From Callorhinchus milii (Eukaryota), in NCBI RefSeq assembly GCF_018977255.1, contig NW_024704743.1, positions 81,408,001-81,472,000 of the forward strand: DNA of 64,000 bases, given 5' to 3'. The notes beneath the pieces are model-generated. The model saw nothing but the letters and a program-made list of their open reading frames with translations, did no database searches and was not told the DNA's origin. The first letter of the stretch is position 1. Each line of letters begins with the position of its first letter. Positions 1 to 15,600 of the stretch are shown here, one piece after another. A program made the position numbers and the translations under genes.

Positions 1-608
1 AAGCAGACATTTCGAAGGTAAACAACAACAAAACATCATCTTAAATCGTTGCTATTAGAAACAAGGCCTTTTCAACTTGCTAGGGCTTGCAAGTAATTTA
101 CGGAGTTTACAGATCAAAAGGAAAGCAACATAACTAATTGTAACTGAGAAATCAGGGAATCTTTGTTCTTGTCAAAGAGATTACTTTTGATTCATCGTAT
201 GTTTCTAGCAGCGTCTTTTCTTGAAGGAGGCAGGTCTTCTGTCTTTGAGGTCCTAAGTGCTTTTCATAACTTTTTAAATCCTTTGGATTGCTGCATGGAG
301 ACTGGTGACTGAACAAGCTCCTACCTAACCGTTCATCTTTCACTTGCTCCCAATTGTGCAGTTGAATATTTTTTATTTTTATTTTCACTTTGGGCTTATC
401 TTAGTGCAACATAACTGGAGAGGACTGATGTATATGAGTGAGCTCTAATGTTGGGAGGACAGAAACCTCAGAAAGCAAGGCTAGCTGCTAAGTTACATAG
501 TGACAACACTTCTTAATTGACTCCATGTCTGTCCATAAATCAATTTTGAGCAAAAGAGACTGAACAAGTTAAAATAAAATTTTATATATCTACTGATACA
601 CAATTTGA

Positions 609-930
609 GGAGTCTTGTAGCTCAGTGGTTAGAGCACTCGCCTTGCAAGCGAGAGACCTGGGTTCAATTCCCGGCAGGGCGAACCTTGGACAAGTTTCCT
701 TACTCCACACGCCTGATAATAATCCCTCAAGAAAAAAAATGTAATAAAATTGGTTACTTCAATCTACGACTGTTTGTGGGACACTGCTGTGCGCTACTGG
801 CTGTTGTGTTTCGCCCACAAATATGCACTCAATTCACTTTACAGCATATTCTGTGAAGCTCTTTGAGACATCTAGAAAATGTGAAAAGTGCTATATCAAA
901 TGCAATTATTATTATTATTACTACTACTAC
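609..930 (+). mobile_element. tRNA-derived SINE (Deu-like core, L2-type tail), full length
   Basis: A box TAGCTCAGTGG, B box GGTTCAATTCC, TGC anticodon-like loop, (TTA)n tail. Confidence 0.92.
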
Positions 931-1380
931 TGTGCACTAACAGCCTAACCAAAACTTGAAGGCAAATGAATCACAAATTAAAAAGTGCAGAATTTTAAAC
1001 TAGTCTTTTTCTGAATCTAATGTTCTGGCAGTGAGAACTGCTGTCTTCTGTACCGGTTTTCTTCTATTTGAAATTACGTGTCCACCACAATTTGTATTTA
1101 AGGAATATTCAGTGTCAGCTCATTGAGATTCATTGAGCTGGTACTGCTTTAAATCAAGGCTCATTTTACTAACTGATCAAAGATCAGCTTACATTTGCCA
1201 CATCCACACTATAAGTCTGCTTCCACTCATTGCAACCATTTGTTGCTCATGACAGTGAATGTAAATATTAAGGAGCCTTTCATAACTATGCCTGGTGTGA
1301 GAAATAGAAATGTCACATTGGTGCTCTTTTCTAAGAGGTTTCTCGTCTGGATTGTGTTTTTTTAGCACACCTTGGGCTTC

Positions 1381-1720
1381 ATCCTGTAGCTCAGTGATTA
1401 GAGCACTTGCCTTGCAAGTGAGAGGTTTGGGTTCAATTCCAAGCAGGGCGAAATGTTGGGCAAGTTTCCTTACTCCACACTCCTCTGTTTACCTAGCACT
1501 AAGTAGTTGTTAGTCGATTGGCGGATCACTTTTCCGGCGGTAATAATTCCTTAAAAAAAACATTTGGTCACTGAATCCACGACTGTTTGTGAAACACTGC
1601 TGTGCGCAATTGGCTGCCTCATCTCGCCCATAAAATATACAGTATATTCTCTAAAGTGCTTTGAGGCGTCTCAAAGATGTGGTAAGGCGCTACATCAAAT
1701 GCAAGGATTATTATTATTAT
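1381..1720 (+). mobile_element. Same SINE family, long variant with internal TGTTTACCTAGCA... segment
   Basis: Shares head, core and tail with the other copies. Confidence 0.88.
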
Positions 1721-3480
1721 CCCATATATAATCCATTCGACACTTGACCTGGTATCTTTGATGACACCACTGGATGCAAAAAGGGGAAAAGTGCTCCACT
1801 TCGTAAAACAGAATCCCAACAAAATAAATTGAGGCTGTACCAATTAGTTCCTTGAAACATGACTGGATAAATTTCTGGTTGGGAATGGTCTTGGCAGGAA
1901 TTTCAATAAGGTGCAGATTAGAATCAACAAATACACCAAGAGTCAAAATGTTACTGGGCACTGAGGGAATGGGCTAATGTGGCTGTGGGGGACAGCAGGC
2001 CAAGGTTCAATAGTCAATATGGATGTATATTCTGGAGGTTTTGCTCGATTATCTTTAGGTATCATGCATTATCCTTGCAGAACTTATCTCCAGGAGACAG
2101 AGTAAGTAAATTCTGTAATAAGATAGGATTTTGCATGGATAGAATAGGGGCTTGTTGCAGATTTTGTTTTTAAAAAACAGGTGTCTGACACATGTAGAAA
2201 CCCGTCAGTATGGTTAAAAGTTCAAACCAGACTATTGGAAGTTCCACATTTGTATGGAATGTTCCATGTGTGTGGACTCAACCTGCTAATCTAATCCTGG
2301 AAAAGTATTATGCACAGGCTGGTGAGAACCATGGTTTGGGGATCCTAGAGTGTGCACTGGGGTACTGCTTCAGTTTAACCAGTTAAAACCCCACGGCCTG
2401 CATGTAAAACACTGACTGGCAAGTTTCTTGCTGTTTGTTCAGCTAGGACTGGCCTACACTTCAGGGTTTTGTGTTCCAGGGTTAACAGGAACCGAGTGGG
2501 AAGATTCTCTGCTGTTGAATCTCATTGTAGGTCCACTGCTTTAGGTACTGCTGCAACCAAGGCTCTCTGGTCTGTCATAAAAATTGCCTTGGAGTACCAC
2601 AGCTATCCCTGGCTCAGGAACTGGACTACTAAAAGTTCCACCGCGAGTCAACCTGAATCTGATTTCCTGGAATGTCACCTTGGAGCCAGAGCTCATCCCT
2701 AAAGAGACCCTGCTTACTCAACCCCTCCCCTCCACAAGAAGATAGTCACTCGGGGAGAAAGATGATGATTTCAATGGGCTTGAAAAAGCACTGTTAAAAA
2801 TAAATAGTAATATTACTGGGAGCTCACCATCAGATAAAGCTCCATTGCAAAGTACCCTAATTGAAAGACTTCAGATCTGACCTGAGCTCTCATTATAACT
2901 GAGAACTTGCTAGTATATGACGTATATGGAGTTCGGTGTGACATCCATCGAGTTCCCTATATGAGGTACCCTATCCATTCCAAAACACTTTTATGGCACC
3001 TTCTCCATTTACACTACATTTTTCTCCTTTTAAGCTCCTTTTCGGCCCATTTGTAAGAAAATAATGGCACTTTCTCTAACAATTAAAAGTGTTGCACGAA
3101 TCAGAAAGGTGATTTGAGGAGAAAGAATAAAAATAAAGTCAATCATGTCTACAAGTGGATGAATTGAACATATTGAGTCTTGGCAAGAAGAGTTTTATTC
3201 CTCTTGGCATCAGATTTAAAAAGGGGATTGAACCAGATGGCTGGTGACCCAAGCGTTCATCCAGATCTTTATTTCAAAACAATTATGTGCAGGAATGAAT
3301 TGTTAAATCTCTCCAAAACAGTCATTATTTTAAAGATTGCATCAGTCTCAACACTATGTTACCCTTGGATGAAACCAACTAATCTATAGAAGAGAAATCT
3401 CTTGATTATATAGGTGATTGAACAATAAAAAGTGTTGGCAGTCTCTATGTTAGATTTTTCCTATATTCAGTACTTGCAAG

Positions 3481-3758
3481 CGCTTTGCAAGCGAGAGACC
3501 TGAGTTCATTTCCAGGCAGGACGAAACCTTGGGCAAGTTTCCTTACTCCACACAGAGCCTAATAATAATCCCTCCAAAACCAAAAACAATAATAAATTGG
3601 TCATTTTCAATCCACGACTGTTTGTGGGACATTGCTGTGCGCAATTGGCTGCCGCGTTCGCCCACAAATATACAGTCAATTCACTTTACAGTGTGTTCTG
3701 TGAAGCGCTTTGGGACGTCCTCCCGACGTGAAAAGCGCTATATCAAATGCAAGGATTA
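3481..3758 (+). mobile_element. Same SINE family, 5'-truncated young copy
   Basis: Near-identical to 50184-50508 from the anticodon arm onward. Confidence 0.92.
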
Positions 3759-5397
3759 ATTTTTTAATCCGAAAAAGTACACGTCTCAATAGATAAAACG
3801 ACACTAGGTATAAAATGGCCTAAAGGTGTGCTTGTCGTTTGTACAATTCAGTAGCATAAAAATGCTCTTCTATTTTATAAAAAATAATTCTTGCATTTGA
3901 TATAGCTGTTTTAATGTCAAAACGGCTCAAAGTATTTTATAGGCAACTTACCAACAAATACACAGTCATCACCCTTGACAGTAATTACTTATAAAGCACT
4001 TTCAGACTTTGACGTTATAGGTGCCAGCTCTGAAAGATCTATCCATTTAGACCCACTTTTATCTTCTCCCCCAATTTATATATATTTTATATTTTTCTTT
4101 ATCAAATATTTGTCCATTCCATTTTAAGTAGCTCCTTGGAGGGAGGTAAGCGGGGTCTCCTTGGAGCTGAAGTGGCTCCAAGGTGACATGTTTGGCAAAG
4201 GAATATCGGAATCGAGCCAGCCATCTGTGGTGTTCTCGGTAGTCTGATTCCTGAGCCAGGCCAGTCCGCAGTATTTCCAGGCACTGCTAATAACAGCCTG
4301 GCTTAGGGGCAGGAATTGGAAGGACAGAACAATCATTGGGAACAGAGAATTTTCCACCTCAGATACTATTAACCCTGCAAGCCAAAGCCCTAACGGGCAG
4401 GGTGGCCCTAGCTGGACAAGCAGTGGGAAAGCTTACCAGATCAATGGCAAGCTATGCGGTTTTAGTTGGTTGGACTCCAGCAGTATCCCAACACACACCG
4501 TGGGGTCCCGAAGCCTTGGCTCTTGCCAACCCGTGCCTAATATTTTTCAGAATTAAGTAAGCAGGATGGGTCCCTCCAGAGAGTGTGAATTCCATTCCAA
4601 CTATCTATCACTGTATTTTCTGTGTGTAGCTGGGATGTATGGAATTCTCAGCTTGGTTTGGATACTCTTAAGCATGGTGATAGGTTTCCTCATGCATCAG
4701 ATACCCGGCTGACCAAAAAAAACACTTTTATGGATTCTGCTTCAACCACTGGTTTTGGTAGAGAATTCCTGGGCAGAAATTCCACCTGGGTCTAGATTTA
4801 TTCCACTTATTTTAATTTTGATGCTGGTTTTCTGTAAGTTCTTTAAAGGGTGATGCTGGAAGTGATTTTGGTGGTGACCTGATGAACTGGAAGAAGACCC
4901 TTGTTTATACGTAGAAGTGAAATAAGTCCTGAAAAGTCTGAACATTTTTAGTTGCATGCAACGTAATATGGAACAGTGTACGATTTTATCCGATTACAAC
5001 AGTGATCTGGCTGTACGAGGTGATCACTGGTATGGTTAATCACAGGATTAGAGAATGAGAGACATATAAGAATAGTCATAGAGTCAGACTTAGAAAATTG
5101 ATAGTCAGAAAGGCAGAGAGTCAGAAAGAGAGGCAGAACCACTGTATAGTGGTGGGGTAGGGGGGAGAAGAAGAGCTGTCACTTTGTGGGGAGAGACTTA
5201 ATATAAAGATAGAAACAGAGAAAATAAAAAGGCTGATCCCGTGTGCACGCATTAAGCGCTCCGGGACGCTACCCCGTGTGAAGGGCACTATATAAATGCA
5301 AGTTGTTGTTGTATGGACAGCCAATCTCTTGCTGTGAGGCTTTGATTAGTACCGTACAATTTATTCTGTGTGATACCCAGATACCTGCTTTATCTGC

Positions 5398-5715
5398 ATA
5401 ATAATAATAATAATAATCGTTGCATTTGATATAGCGCTTTTCACGTCAGGAGGACGTCCCAAAGCGCTTCACAGAACACACTGTAAAGTGAATTGACTAT
5501 ATTTGTGGGCGAACGCGGCAGCCAATTGCGCACAGCAATGTCCCACAAACAGTCGTGGATTGAAGTGACCAATTTATTATTGTTTTTGGTTTTGGAGGGA
5601 TTATTATTAGGCGTTTGGAGTAAGGAAACTTGCCCAAGGTTTCGCCCTGCCTGGAATTGAACTCAGGTCTCTCGCTTGCAAAGCGAGTGCTCTAACCACT
5701 GAGCTACAGGACTCC
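5398..5715 (-). mobile_element. Same SINE family, full-length young copy
   Basis: Reverse complement of the family consensus with (TAA)n tail on the left. Confidence 0.93.
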
Positions 5716-8700
5716 ACAATATTGCATATTCACAATAGGGCTGACACCAATTAGTTATTGGGCTCTTTTCTGTATAGTCCAGTTTGAAGGACATCAATTT
5801 ACCCGCACTTTCTATTTTCTGTCACCTGGGCAGTTTTCTATCATTACTGTCACATTCTTGTAATTAAAAAAATTCAAGAAGGTGAAAAAATGCTAATTGC
5901 ACACTTAGGAGTTGCACTGAGCATTCCATTAACTGCAGGATAATGAAGAATGGTCAAGGTACTATCAGTATAAATTACCCTTAAAATGATCTGGACTGTG
6001 GTATTGCTGTACAGCTGTACTCACTGCTAACTGGAGTAAAATGAAAACAATTCCTATTAAATTGGTAACTGTAACTCCCTCTCATCAAAATTCTTAGTTA
6101 TTCAGCACTATCACAGCTGGATAACAGGTTTAAAAAGCCAATGCTACTGGTATCCAAATTTTCTTTAAAACATTGAGTCTGAAAAAGAATTGTAATACTT
6201 TTGTGGTTTGGCAGGAGACAAATTCATAGTACTTCAGAGATTGGTGTATGAGACTTGCAGCCCACAGTCTGTGCATGGTGTCTGTGAATCAAATATCTAA
6301 AAGTTGCTTTTAACAGTAAAATTAAAATTGGCAGAGATTTGGACAGCCCCTGCTTTAGAGTTTTACAGTTCTATACACAAACAAAAACTAAAATGAAGCA
6401 AAAAGCAAAATATTCTCAAATACAATTGAAAGAAATATATGTATGATTTAATTTAATATGAGGATTGCAATACTGTAGTTTACATTATGAACTAACCAAA
6501 GTCCAGGCAACTACTTTGTTTTCACAATTTCAGGTCCATTAATATTTAAACAGTTCCACTTGCACATTGAACCATTTTTCATCCCACATATCTGGCAATA
6601 GAAGGAGGCATGGGGTTGCACTGCAGTAATGTAGACTCATTAAGGTGAATAATATCTCGATTGTGAAGTGGAAAGAAATACAGTATTTCCTTTAGTTTAA
6701 TAGCGATCTCTTACACTGACTGGGCTTATACTGCCAAGAATGAGGGGTGAGTTTGCTTAAATATGGGAAGGCTTGCACATATTTTGTGCCAGAGGTAGAG
6801 CAATTTATATAGTACTTTCAAAAGTACAGTAAAAAAAAGCCTCCAATGTAAATTTGCTGGACAACTATATTCTTAAACAGTCACTACAGTTGCGATAACT
6901 GTCAAGCACTTTGAGATGCGCTCTTGACCTGAAAGGAGCTACATCAAATATAAAGTTTATTATCATTGTTATACAAATAGTGATAATCGTACTTGCAACT
7001 CAATCAAAATAATTATGAAGAAGAATAAAATGCAAGAAAGAATCGAACACACAAAAAGAACATTTTGATAACAACTTGCATTTATATAATGGCCTTCATG
7101 CAGGGTAGAGTCTCAGAGCGCTTAACAATGGGGAAGCCTGATGCCCAGCCGGGGGGAGGGAAGAGGTGACCGTAAGCACCGTCAAAGAGGAAGATCCTTG
7201 ATTTGATTCATCAAGTCTATTACTTTCACAGAGCACATTCAATGTACCTTATTGTGAACACCACCAATTTTGTCTCCAGCAGAAACATTCTAAATAATGA
7301 ATCATTTCCCTAACCTAAAGTAACTAAGAAAAACCTCAGAATATTTATCCACATCCTTATCTTCCCCATTCAACCTTGATCTACCGGGTGCCAAGTAAAA
7401 TAGTAGCACAGGAACCATTGTATCCACGCAGGATTCAATCGTGCAAGTCTACACCCAACTATACAAACCCCAATCTCATTCCCATCCAAATATTTATCCA
7501 ACTTTCTTTTGATGGATGTGATCAACACCCATCACATCCATCATCAAATGCAAGAGTTATTATTATCCACTGCTCTGTGTGTGGGACAGAATTTGTTCCA
7601 CTCTGCAGTCTTACTTGACACATATTAATTTTAAACCTGTATCCTCTAGCTCTGTGATCACAGTGCAAGCCAAACAGCATACACAACTGTTGCCTCTCAG
7701 AGCTTAATAAGTCTTCATTATCTTAATAAGTCTTAATAACCCTTCAATATTCTTTTCTCCAAAAAAAACATTTTTGACCCACCTCTCATAAATCTAAAGC
7801 CATATGTCCCAGAATGATCCTTGTGCTTCTCCAATCCCTCTCCAAAACTTTGGGGTCTAATTTGCATTACTCGACCTCCCCACCCCATTTTTTACGTTGT
7901 CTTTTTATTTCCCCACTTTGATTGTTTGGGAGATTCGTAGTTAAATATATTCCAAATCTTACAAAGCAAATGGCTTTGAAAACTCACTAACCAGTTAATA
8001 TACTAAATGCAGCTTGTGAATTACCACAAATTAGATCTCTTTGCCCCTTTTGAGATCGGATGCCCCAAAACTGACACAAATATAACCACCACCAACAACA
8101 CATCCATTACATGTGTATAGTGCCTTTCACATCGGGATGACGTGCCAACAGCAAGGCATCCACTTAAAAAATGAGCAAATGTGTTTAGAACATAATATGT
8201 TCCAGACTCCAATGTCAACACATTAAAACCTATTGTTCAACACATTCAAAGTATGGAACTTTAGGATACAGGACATTATTTTTTAAAGGCACATCTTGGA
8301 ACCCCATCGAAATTTTAATCGCCGAAGGAAAATTAAATCCAACACAGGTTCATTGCCATAAAAGGCGTATCTCCTTTAGAAAATAAATCTATTCAATATA
8401 AAATTTTCTTTCCAGTAAAAGACATGCATGTTTTCAATTATAATTTTTTTTCCCTAAAGAGGATTAATTAATTCATGAACACTGCTTGACTATGACAGAG
8501 GAATCAATGACAGTTTTTTTAAAATCATCGTTTCATCTTCCCATCCAAGAAAAATTGCTCCAAGTGTTCTTCAGCTGTTGAACCAACAAGCTGCAGATTC
8601 TTCTGAAGTCTTTTGCCAGTAAAGCCATCCTTTCTCACAATGCAACCTATATTTATATTGTGTCTTTCATGTTGGGAAGATGCCTCAAAGCACATTACAC

Positions 8701-9603
8701 AGTTAGCTGGGCACCCAAGCTGGGAGGGGAGGTGGGGTTGCTGGTGAGCTGAAGGGGTGTGGGGATGATAATCAAAAGCATGGTCAGAGCAGTAAGTCTT
8801 GCGGCAGCTTTAAAAGTTAGGTGGGAAGGGGTGAGGGACTCAAGGATGGAGTTCCAGGGAGCAGAATGGGTGAAAGTTTGCCGAACAACGATGGGGCAGA
8901 TGGAACTGAGGACATGAAGCAAGCCAGTGTTCACTGAACAAAAGGAACGGATGAGTTATTAAGTTGTAAGAGGTCTCACTTTGTGACTATAGCTCCCTAA
9001 TATGCATGTTGCAGCTGCTGAAACCTAGCTTAAGACATAAATATGGATCACACATCTATTATGTTTTGGACAGCAGGGTGCCTGACACATGCGGAAACCC
9101 ATCACTATGCTTGAGTATCCAAACCCAACTAAGAATTCCATGCATCCTATTCCATGCATTGGAAATCCAAGAGGTAGATTGTTGGAATGGAATGCACACT
9201 CTCTATCTGGAATGACACATCCTGCTTACATAATTCTGAAAAGGAGTAGGAGCAGGTTGTCAAGAGCCAAAGCTTGGGGACCCAAGTGTGTGTTGGGTTA
9301 CTGCTGGAGTCTAACCAGCTAAAACTGCATAGCTTGCCATTGATATCGCTCTCTGGCAAGCTTTCCCACTGCTTGTCCAGCTAGGACCAACCTACCCATC
9401 AGGGCTTTGGTTTGCATAATTACCGAGATCATCACACATCTATAGGGGTATACGGTTAGAATTGACTTTTATCTTGGAACTTTTCGACGAACTTACCCAC
9501 TTACATGCAAGTCTAATGTATATTCACTCCCAAATGACAAGAAACAACAGAATGAGTTTAGTTGTTTAACAGCGAAAATAACATTGAGATCTGTTAGACT
9601 TAC

Positions 9604-9690
9604 TTCATCTGGGAAGAGATGTAGCCGTTGCATCATGGTCCTTCTATGTAGATTCTTCGGCAGCATACCGTAAATGGCAAGTTTTACGAT
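9604..9690 (-). CDS. MRPL13: MRPL13 coding exon 5
   Basis: aacag|[29 protein letters not shown]|gtaagt, 87 nt; carries the uL13 GMLPKN motif. Confidence 0.97.
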
Positions 9691-12600
9691 CTGTTAAGAA
9701 AACACACCTTTATAACTCAAGCCGCTTTGTTTATAATTATCTTAAGATAGAACAAGAGCATTAAGTTGTCAGAAATATTAAAAGAATACACAATCCAACC
9801 TATTGTGACTAGTATTACAATAGCTACAGACAAAATTGGGCAAAAACACTTTAGTTACCAATGATTATGCTGCAACCAAGTATTGATAAAACTGAGTGTA
9901 CAAATTCTAAAAGAACAAAGTTTTTTCTAAAAATAGTAATATAATAACAATCCTCGCATTTAACCTTTCATGTCAGGATGACTCAGCTTCACATGATTTA
10001 CTGTAAAGTGTAGTAACTGTCTAGGCTGTATGTTGTTGAGGCAGCCAATTTGCACACAATGTCCCACAAATAGCCACAAAATAAACAGTTGCATTTGGAG
10101 GATCGTTGACCAGGACATGGGGAGAAACTCCTTTCTCTTTTCAAATAGTGCCATGGATGTTTTAACATCCTGCTGAACAAGCAGACAGGGTCTTGATTTA
10201 ATTATTTTGATTCCAAAGGACAACATTTCCAACAGTATCGCAGCCCCCACCACCACCCCACCAAGTACTGCAGTAGAATATCAGCCAAAATTATACGAGT
10301 TCAAAGTCCCAGTGTGGATCTCGAAACCACAACCTTTTGACTCAGAGGCAAGAGTGCTACAAACTGAACCGGACTGAAAAATACAACAGTGTGATCGTTA
10401 CATTCCAAAAAGGAAGATCTAAGTGAACAAAATGCACTTGAGAATTTACATAAAATTTTACAACAGACATGTGTGGATTTCTTCCTTAAAGTGGTTAACT
10501 CATCTCCATGAAGTTTCAATATAAAGACAAGACAAATTTTAAAAGCCATCTTTCAACCAATCTTCCACATTAGAACACCATTACTTTTGTGACTGGATAA
10601 CTCCAAATATAGATTGAATCAGTGTCTAGGTGTATGATAATATGGTGACTATATCTCTCCATGAGGAGGTGGGAAGACACTAAAACCCCATGGATAATTA
10701 CCATGATTTGCATTTTCAGGTTCTCCATTTATGCAATTGTGAAGCAAATTTCTTCTGTGTGCTGTTGTCTTGATTACATGTAGAAACAGGAAAGGGAGGA
10801 GTTGCTTTACACTGACAATAAGTGCTTCTAACCAGAGGATTAAAAGAAGACTTGCACAATACATTTTTGATTTTATAGCAATAGCAGACACTAGGGCAGC
10901 AGTGTGTACTGCATCTTAAAGCATTTTCAAAATAAATTGACTCCACTTAAATCTGTGCTGTTTATTAGTATTGATTTACCTAATTAACACATGTACATTT
11001 ATTTATGAGTATATTAAATAAAAGATGCAAACATTGTTAATCAAAAGTTAAAGAATATATATTTTTAAAAAGTGACTTCCCACAAAATTACTAGCTGATC
11101 TTGAATGTTTTATCAGCTTGCCAGCACATTGGCTTTGAGTTTGGCTGTAACAAAACTAGGATACAACTACAATGTGTAAACTGCTGACTTGTACTAACAC
11201 ATAGATTGGATTTTTAAGGTCTAATATTTGGAACATTTTAACTTCCAGTGTATTGTTCAATAAGGGTGGAGACAGTAACTTAGGAAACTCACTGGTGCAG
11301 ATAGTTAATGTTCTCTACTCCCTTGTTGCTTTTGGAAACAGTGTATGTCCTATGCACAATGAAAGGCTGTGGAAAAACTATTTTTTCCCTTTATGTTTGC
11401 AGCAGTTAATCTTTATAGATTTTGTTTAAAAATTAAAGTGCTTATAAATAATAATAATAATAATCCTTGCAATTGATACAGAGCATTATCATGTCTTTGA
11501 GACATCTCAAAGCGCTTCACAAAATATACTGTAAAGTGAATTGACTATAGTTTGTGGGAGAAATGCGGCAGCCAATTGCGCACAGCAGTGTCCCACAAAC
11601 AGTCGTGGATTCAATTGACCAATTTTTTTTAAAAAAGGAATTATTAACCCCGGAAAAATGATAAATAACAACAGCAACAACAACTTGCATTTACATAGCA
11701 CCTTTCACGCGAAGTAATGTCCCGGAGCGCTTAAACTGCAGTGATATGGCTGTAATATATAAAATAATAGTTGAATTTGATATAGTACCTTAGCACCTTT
11801 CACGAGGCTGCCTCAAAACGACTCACAAGATTCATGGTAAACTCTAGAGATTATTATTTCTGGAAGCGAGTATATATTTTTCCTTAGCATTTCAGAAAAA
11901 GCTAATTTTGGACAATTCTTCAAAACAATTGTAATTTTGAAGCCAGTAGGCTTTCTGTGAGTTCTTTTAGGTGCTGCTGATTCTTGAAAGGCTTTAAAAT
12001 TAAGAATGAATTTAAGAATTATCCAAAATTTGCACACCCTGAAATACGAAGATAAAAAAGTCTAAACCTAGACCCAGGTGGAATTTTTCTCCATACACAG
12101 ATATTATTGGTTTGAAACAATAATTTGACATACTTGAATAAATCACCCTGATTTCAGCAGTTTCAAACACAACTGAGATTGTGAAATGGCAACACAAAAC
12201 TAGATTGGATTATAAAGTAACATTTTATTGGGATTTTGAACTCGCAAACTATATTGATTGGGTGCTGATTTTTTAGGGTGCTGTTCTTCAGGTGATGTGT
12301 TAAACCAAGGTCTCATCAGCTCATTCAGGTGAATATTAAAGATATTAAAGATAATAATAATCCTTGCATTTATAACCCTTGCATTTTGATACAGCACCTT
12401 ATCACGTCTTCAAGACGCCTCAAAGCGTTTCACAGAATATACTGTAAAGTGAATTGACTGTATATTTTATGGGCTAAACATGGCAGCCAATTGCATACAG
12501 CAGTGTCTGACATACAGTCGTGGATTGAGTGATCAAATTATTATTTTTTTAAATTTAATATTATTTTATTAAGAGATTATTATCCCTGGAAAAGCGATCC

Positions 12601-15600
12601 ATCAATCGATTAACAATTGGGTTCCTACTTACTGCTTAGTAAACAGGCATGTGGAGTAAGGAAACTTGCCTAACATTTCACCCTGCCCAGGAATCTAACC
12701 TAGGTCCTCTTGCTTGCGAGATGAGTGCTCTAACCAATATGCTACAGGACTCCACCATCACAAAGAATACCATCGCACAATTTGAAAAGTGAGTTTTTCC
12801 TGGTATCCTGGCCAACAAACCCCCCCACCCCCAGAAAACAATTGGCAATCAGTTTGTGTGCAAACTGTCTTCTGCATTCCCATTTAAATTTGCGATATTC
12901 TCACTCAGAAGTTTCTACATGAAATTAAACATGCGCAATTCCCAAAAACATATAGGGCCATGAACCAAGAGTTAGGTTTGTTGTGAAAATAAATGTTGGT
13001 GCCAAAAGAGAAAACAGGTATATAGTAGTTCAGTGAAGGATGCCAGCATTGGTATGAATATGACTGACAGTTTTCAATTTTTATCTTTTTAAAAAAGATC
13101 ACAAGGCAAGTTTGCTCCTAAAAATAATTTGAAAACCATATCATAATACAAATGTACGCCTCAGAAAGCAGAAATTCTATCATTATCCTGACTTTATATT
13201 GCTGATTTATTGTTGTAGAAATAGCCCACAGTGATTTGTGTCATTATCAAACTGTCCTGTTTTCTTGCATGGTTGCAGTGCCAAGAAGTTCTCCATCCCT
13301 TGTAAATTTCAGCAGAAATAGTATCATATACTGACTAAAATGACAAATAGAAAGCTATTTTTTTTCAGATAAATCATCTCATTGACCTTCAAGCAAATAT
13401 CTAGAGCTCTAATTGATCGAGCTTCCACACAGAGCATATCTGAAATACATTATTTCTACAAAACAATGTCTAAGGCCTCCTGCCTTACTCCCCTGAGATT
13501 ATACATAAATGTTCTATTTCTAAGCTGGGAGGTGGGGGGGGCGGGGGTGCTTCTGAGTGTTCAAATGCTTTACATGGGAGCTTGTGGCAGCCTGGCTCAC
13601 TTTTTGTAAGGACAGGTCTTCTTTGTCCACTCTCTTTTGTAAATTGTGGGAAGCTTTTCAGAAAGAGCAGATTACTTCAGCAACACAAAAAGGGAGCCGA
13701 CATTAACCTTGGTCATAGAAATCAACATTAAAACCCAGTAATCAGTTGCGGGAAAGCTGCTTGTTTGTGTGCTGCTGCAATGCCACAGCATATTTGGAGT
13801 AAAGCACTAGTTGTTTTTGCTCACATCTAAACTACAAATTGTTCACAATTCAAGGTATGCCCTTACAAAAATTGAACCAACCTACATTAGTCTCCCATGT
13901 AGACAAAATGATTGATTAATAAAGACGAAGCCTGGAAGTAGGTCATATGAACTCACTTCAAAGTTTTACTCCTCTTAAGAAAGCCAAGAGAGGAAGAAAG
14001 TAGATTTTCAAGGCAGTCCCTCTGAAAGTGGGAGGGAACTCACCATGTGCAGAACTATGGGGAAAGCACCAACTATTTACAATGCATGTCACAGTATGTC
14101 AGTGCATGAATGTGCAGAGTTCAGAAATACCACAAAAGTTATTTAATACCTGCACAATGATTAATAGGTTAGACATGGGCAATGACAACAGTTCTTACTG
14201 TGCTGTGGCATTTTGGCAGTGAACAATAAAACAACAGATATCGCTAATTTAATATCTATTAGCGTGACAAAATCATTTGTGGCACCTTTTTTTGTGCATC
14301 ATTCTGAAAAACTTCTCACAGTCTACAAAAAATGAAAGTTACAAAAAGTTCAAGATCACTGCTTATGTCTTTTTGTAAACTTCACTTCTGCAAATGTGGA
14401 GGAAGAACTGAAGAGTTTCTTCTTGAACAAAAACGACTGAAAGCTTATTATGTTGAGGTTGGAAAAGGCAGATGGGTTCACCATTTTCACTTTTGAACAA
14501 GTGAAACAAGACACCACAAATTCTTTTGATATAATGGTGTTCAATGACGTAGCCATCTGCATTTACTTAAACTGGACATCTCTGTGATGGATTTAGAAAA
14601 TCTGTTTGGTGTAGCACAGAGCACATCCAATACAAATGGGAATTGTGCAGGATTGTATCCAGGATTGCTGTCTCAGTGATTGATTATTACAAATTACACA
14701 ACAAAGTGTGGTGTAGTGTGATCACAAAATGAACTATTATCCAGAATATTTTCATTATGAGCTGATAACTGAAGTATGGAAATAGCACTCCCAAGTGTTC
14801 AGTTATAGATTACATGAAAAAGCACAAGGCTTTAGTTTCAACATAACAGGTTCAGAGATAATTTCGGGTCATGCAAGAAAATCTCTCAAAGGCAAGGCTG
14901 TAAACATTTTTATAATAAATATTAAACATTTTTACATCAAGTGGAGATGGGTAAAATAGCATTTTTATAATATTGGTAATATTAATATTAAAATGGCATT
15001 TTAGTGCACCAAATCTACATGATAAATTGTATTCTGGCTTTATCTTCAGTGCTATGTGGAAGCACTTTCCAATGGTTTATCTCACTATCACGTCTGCTTC
15101 ACCTATTCTGGATTTCGTAGAATCATAGAATTATACAGCACAGAAGGAGGCCATTCGGCCCATCGTGTCCGTGCCGGCTCTTTGAAAAGAGCTGTCCAAT
15201 TCAATCCCACTCCCCTGCTCTCTCCCCAGAGCCGTGCAAACTTATCCTCCCCAAATAATCATCTATTTTCTCTTAAAAGCTGTTATCAAATTGGCTTCCA
15301 CCACCCTTTCAGGCAATGCGTTCCAGATTCAAACAACTCGCTGTGTAAAAAAAATTCTCCTCACCTCCCCTCTGTTTCTTTTAACAACTATTTTAAATCA
15401 ATGTTCTCGGGTTACCGAGGCACCCACCAGTGGACATATACAACATTGATTTTCTGCTGTGTCCCAAAAGAGAATTGCAGATATTTACAATGTTTTCTAA
15501 ACAAATCCTGTGTTTCACCACCTGGATTTTTGAACTACATTCAAATGCAATTTAGAATTATTTGTGTTTAGGTCCTGAGGGAGAATAATAAATTATAATC

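Noticed and set aside
152..388. 78-aa minus-strand ORF
   Set aside because: No recognisable homology, non-ATG start and no clear splice signals.
1..9603. Search for the remaining MRPL13 exons (EELPQP / AFPRLW-like peptides)
   Set aside because: No convincing match found by eye; they probably lie left of the window.
14230..14680. Coding-like stretch, possibly a decayed DNA transposase
   Set aside because: Stop codons interrupt the frames I read and no diagnostic motif is present; it would need a translated search.
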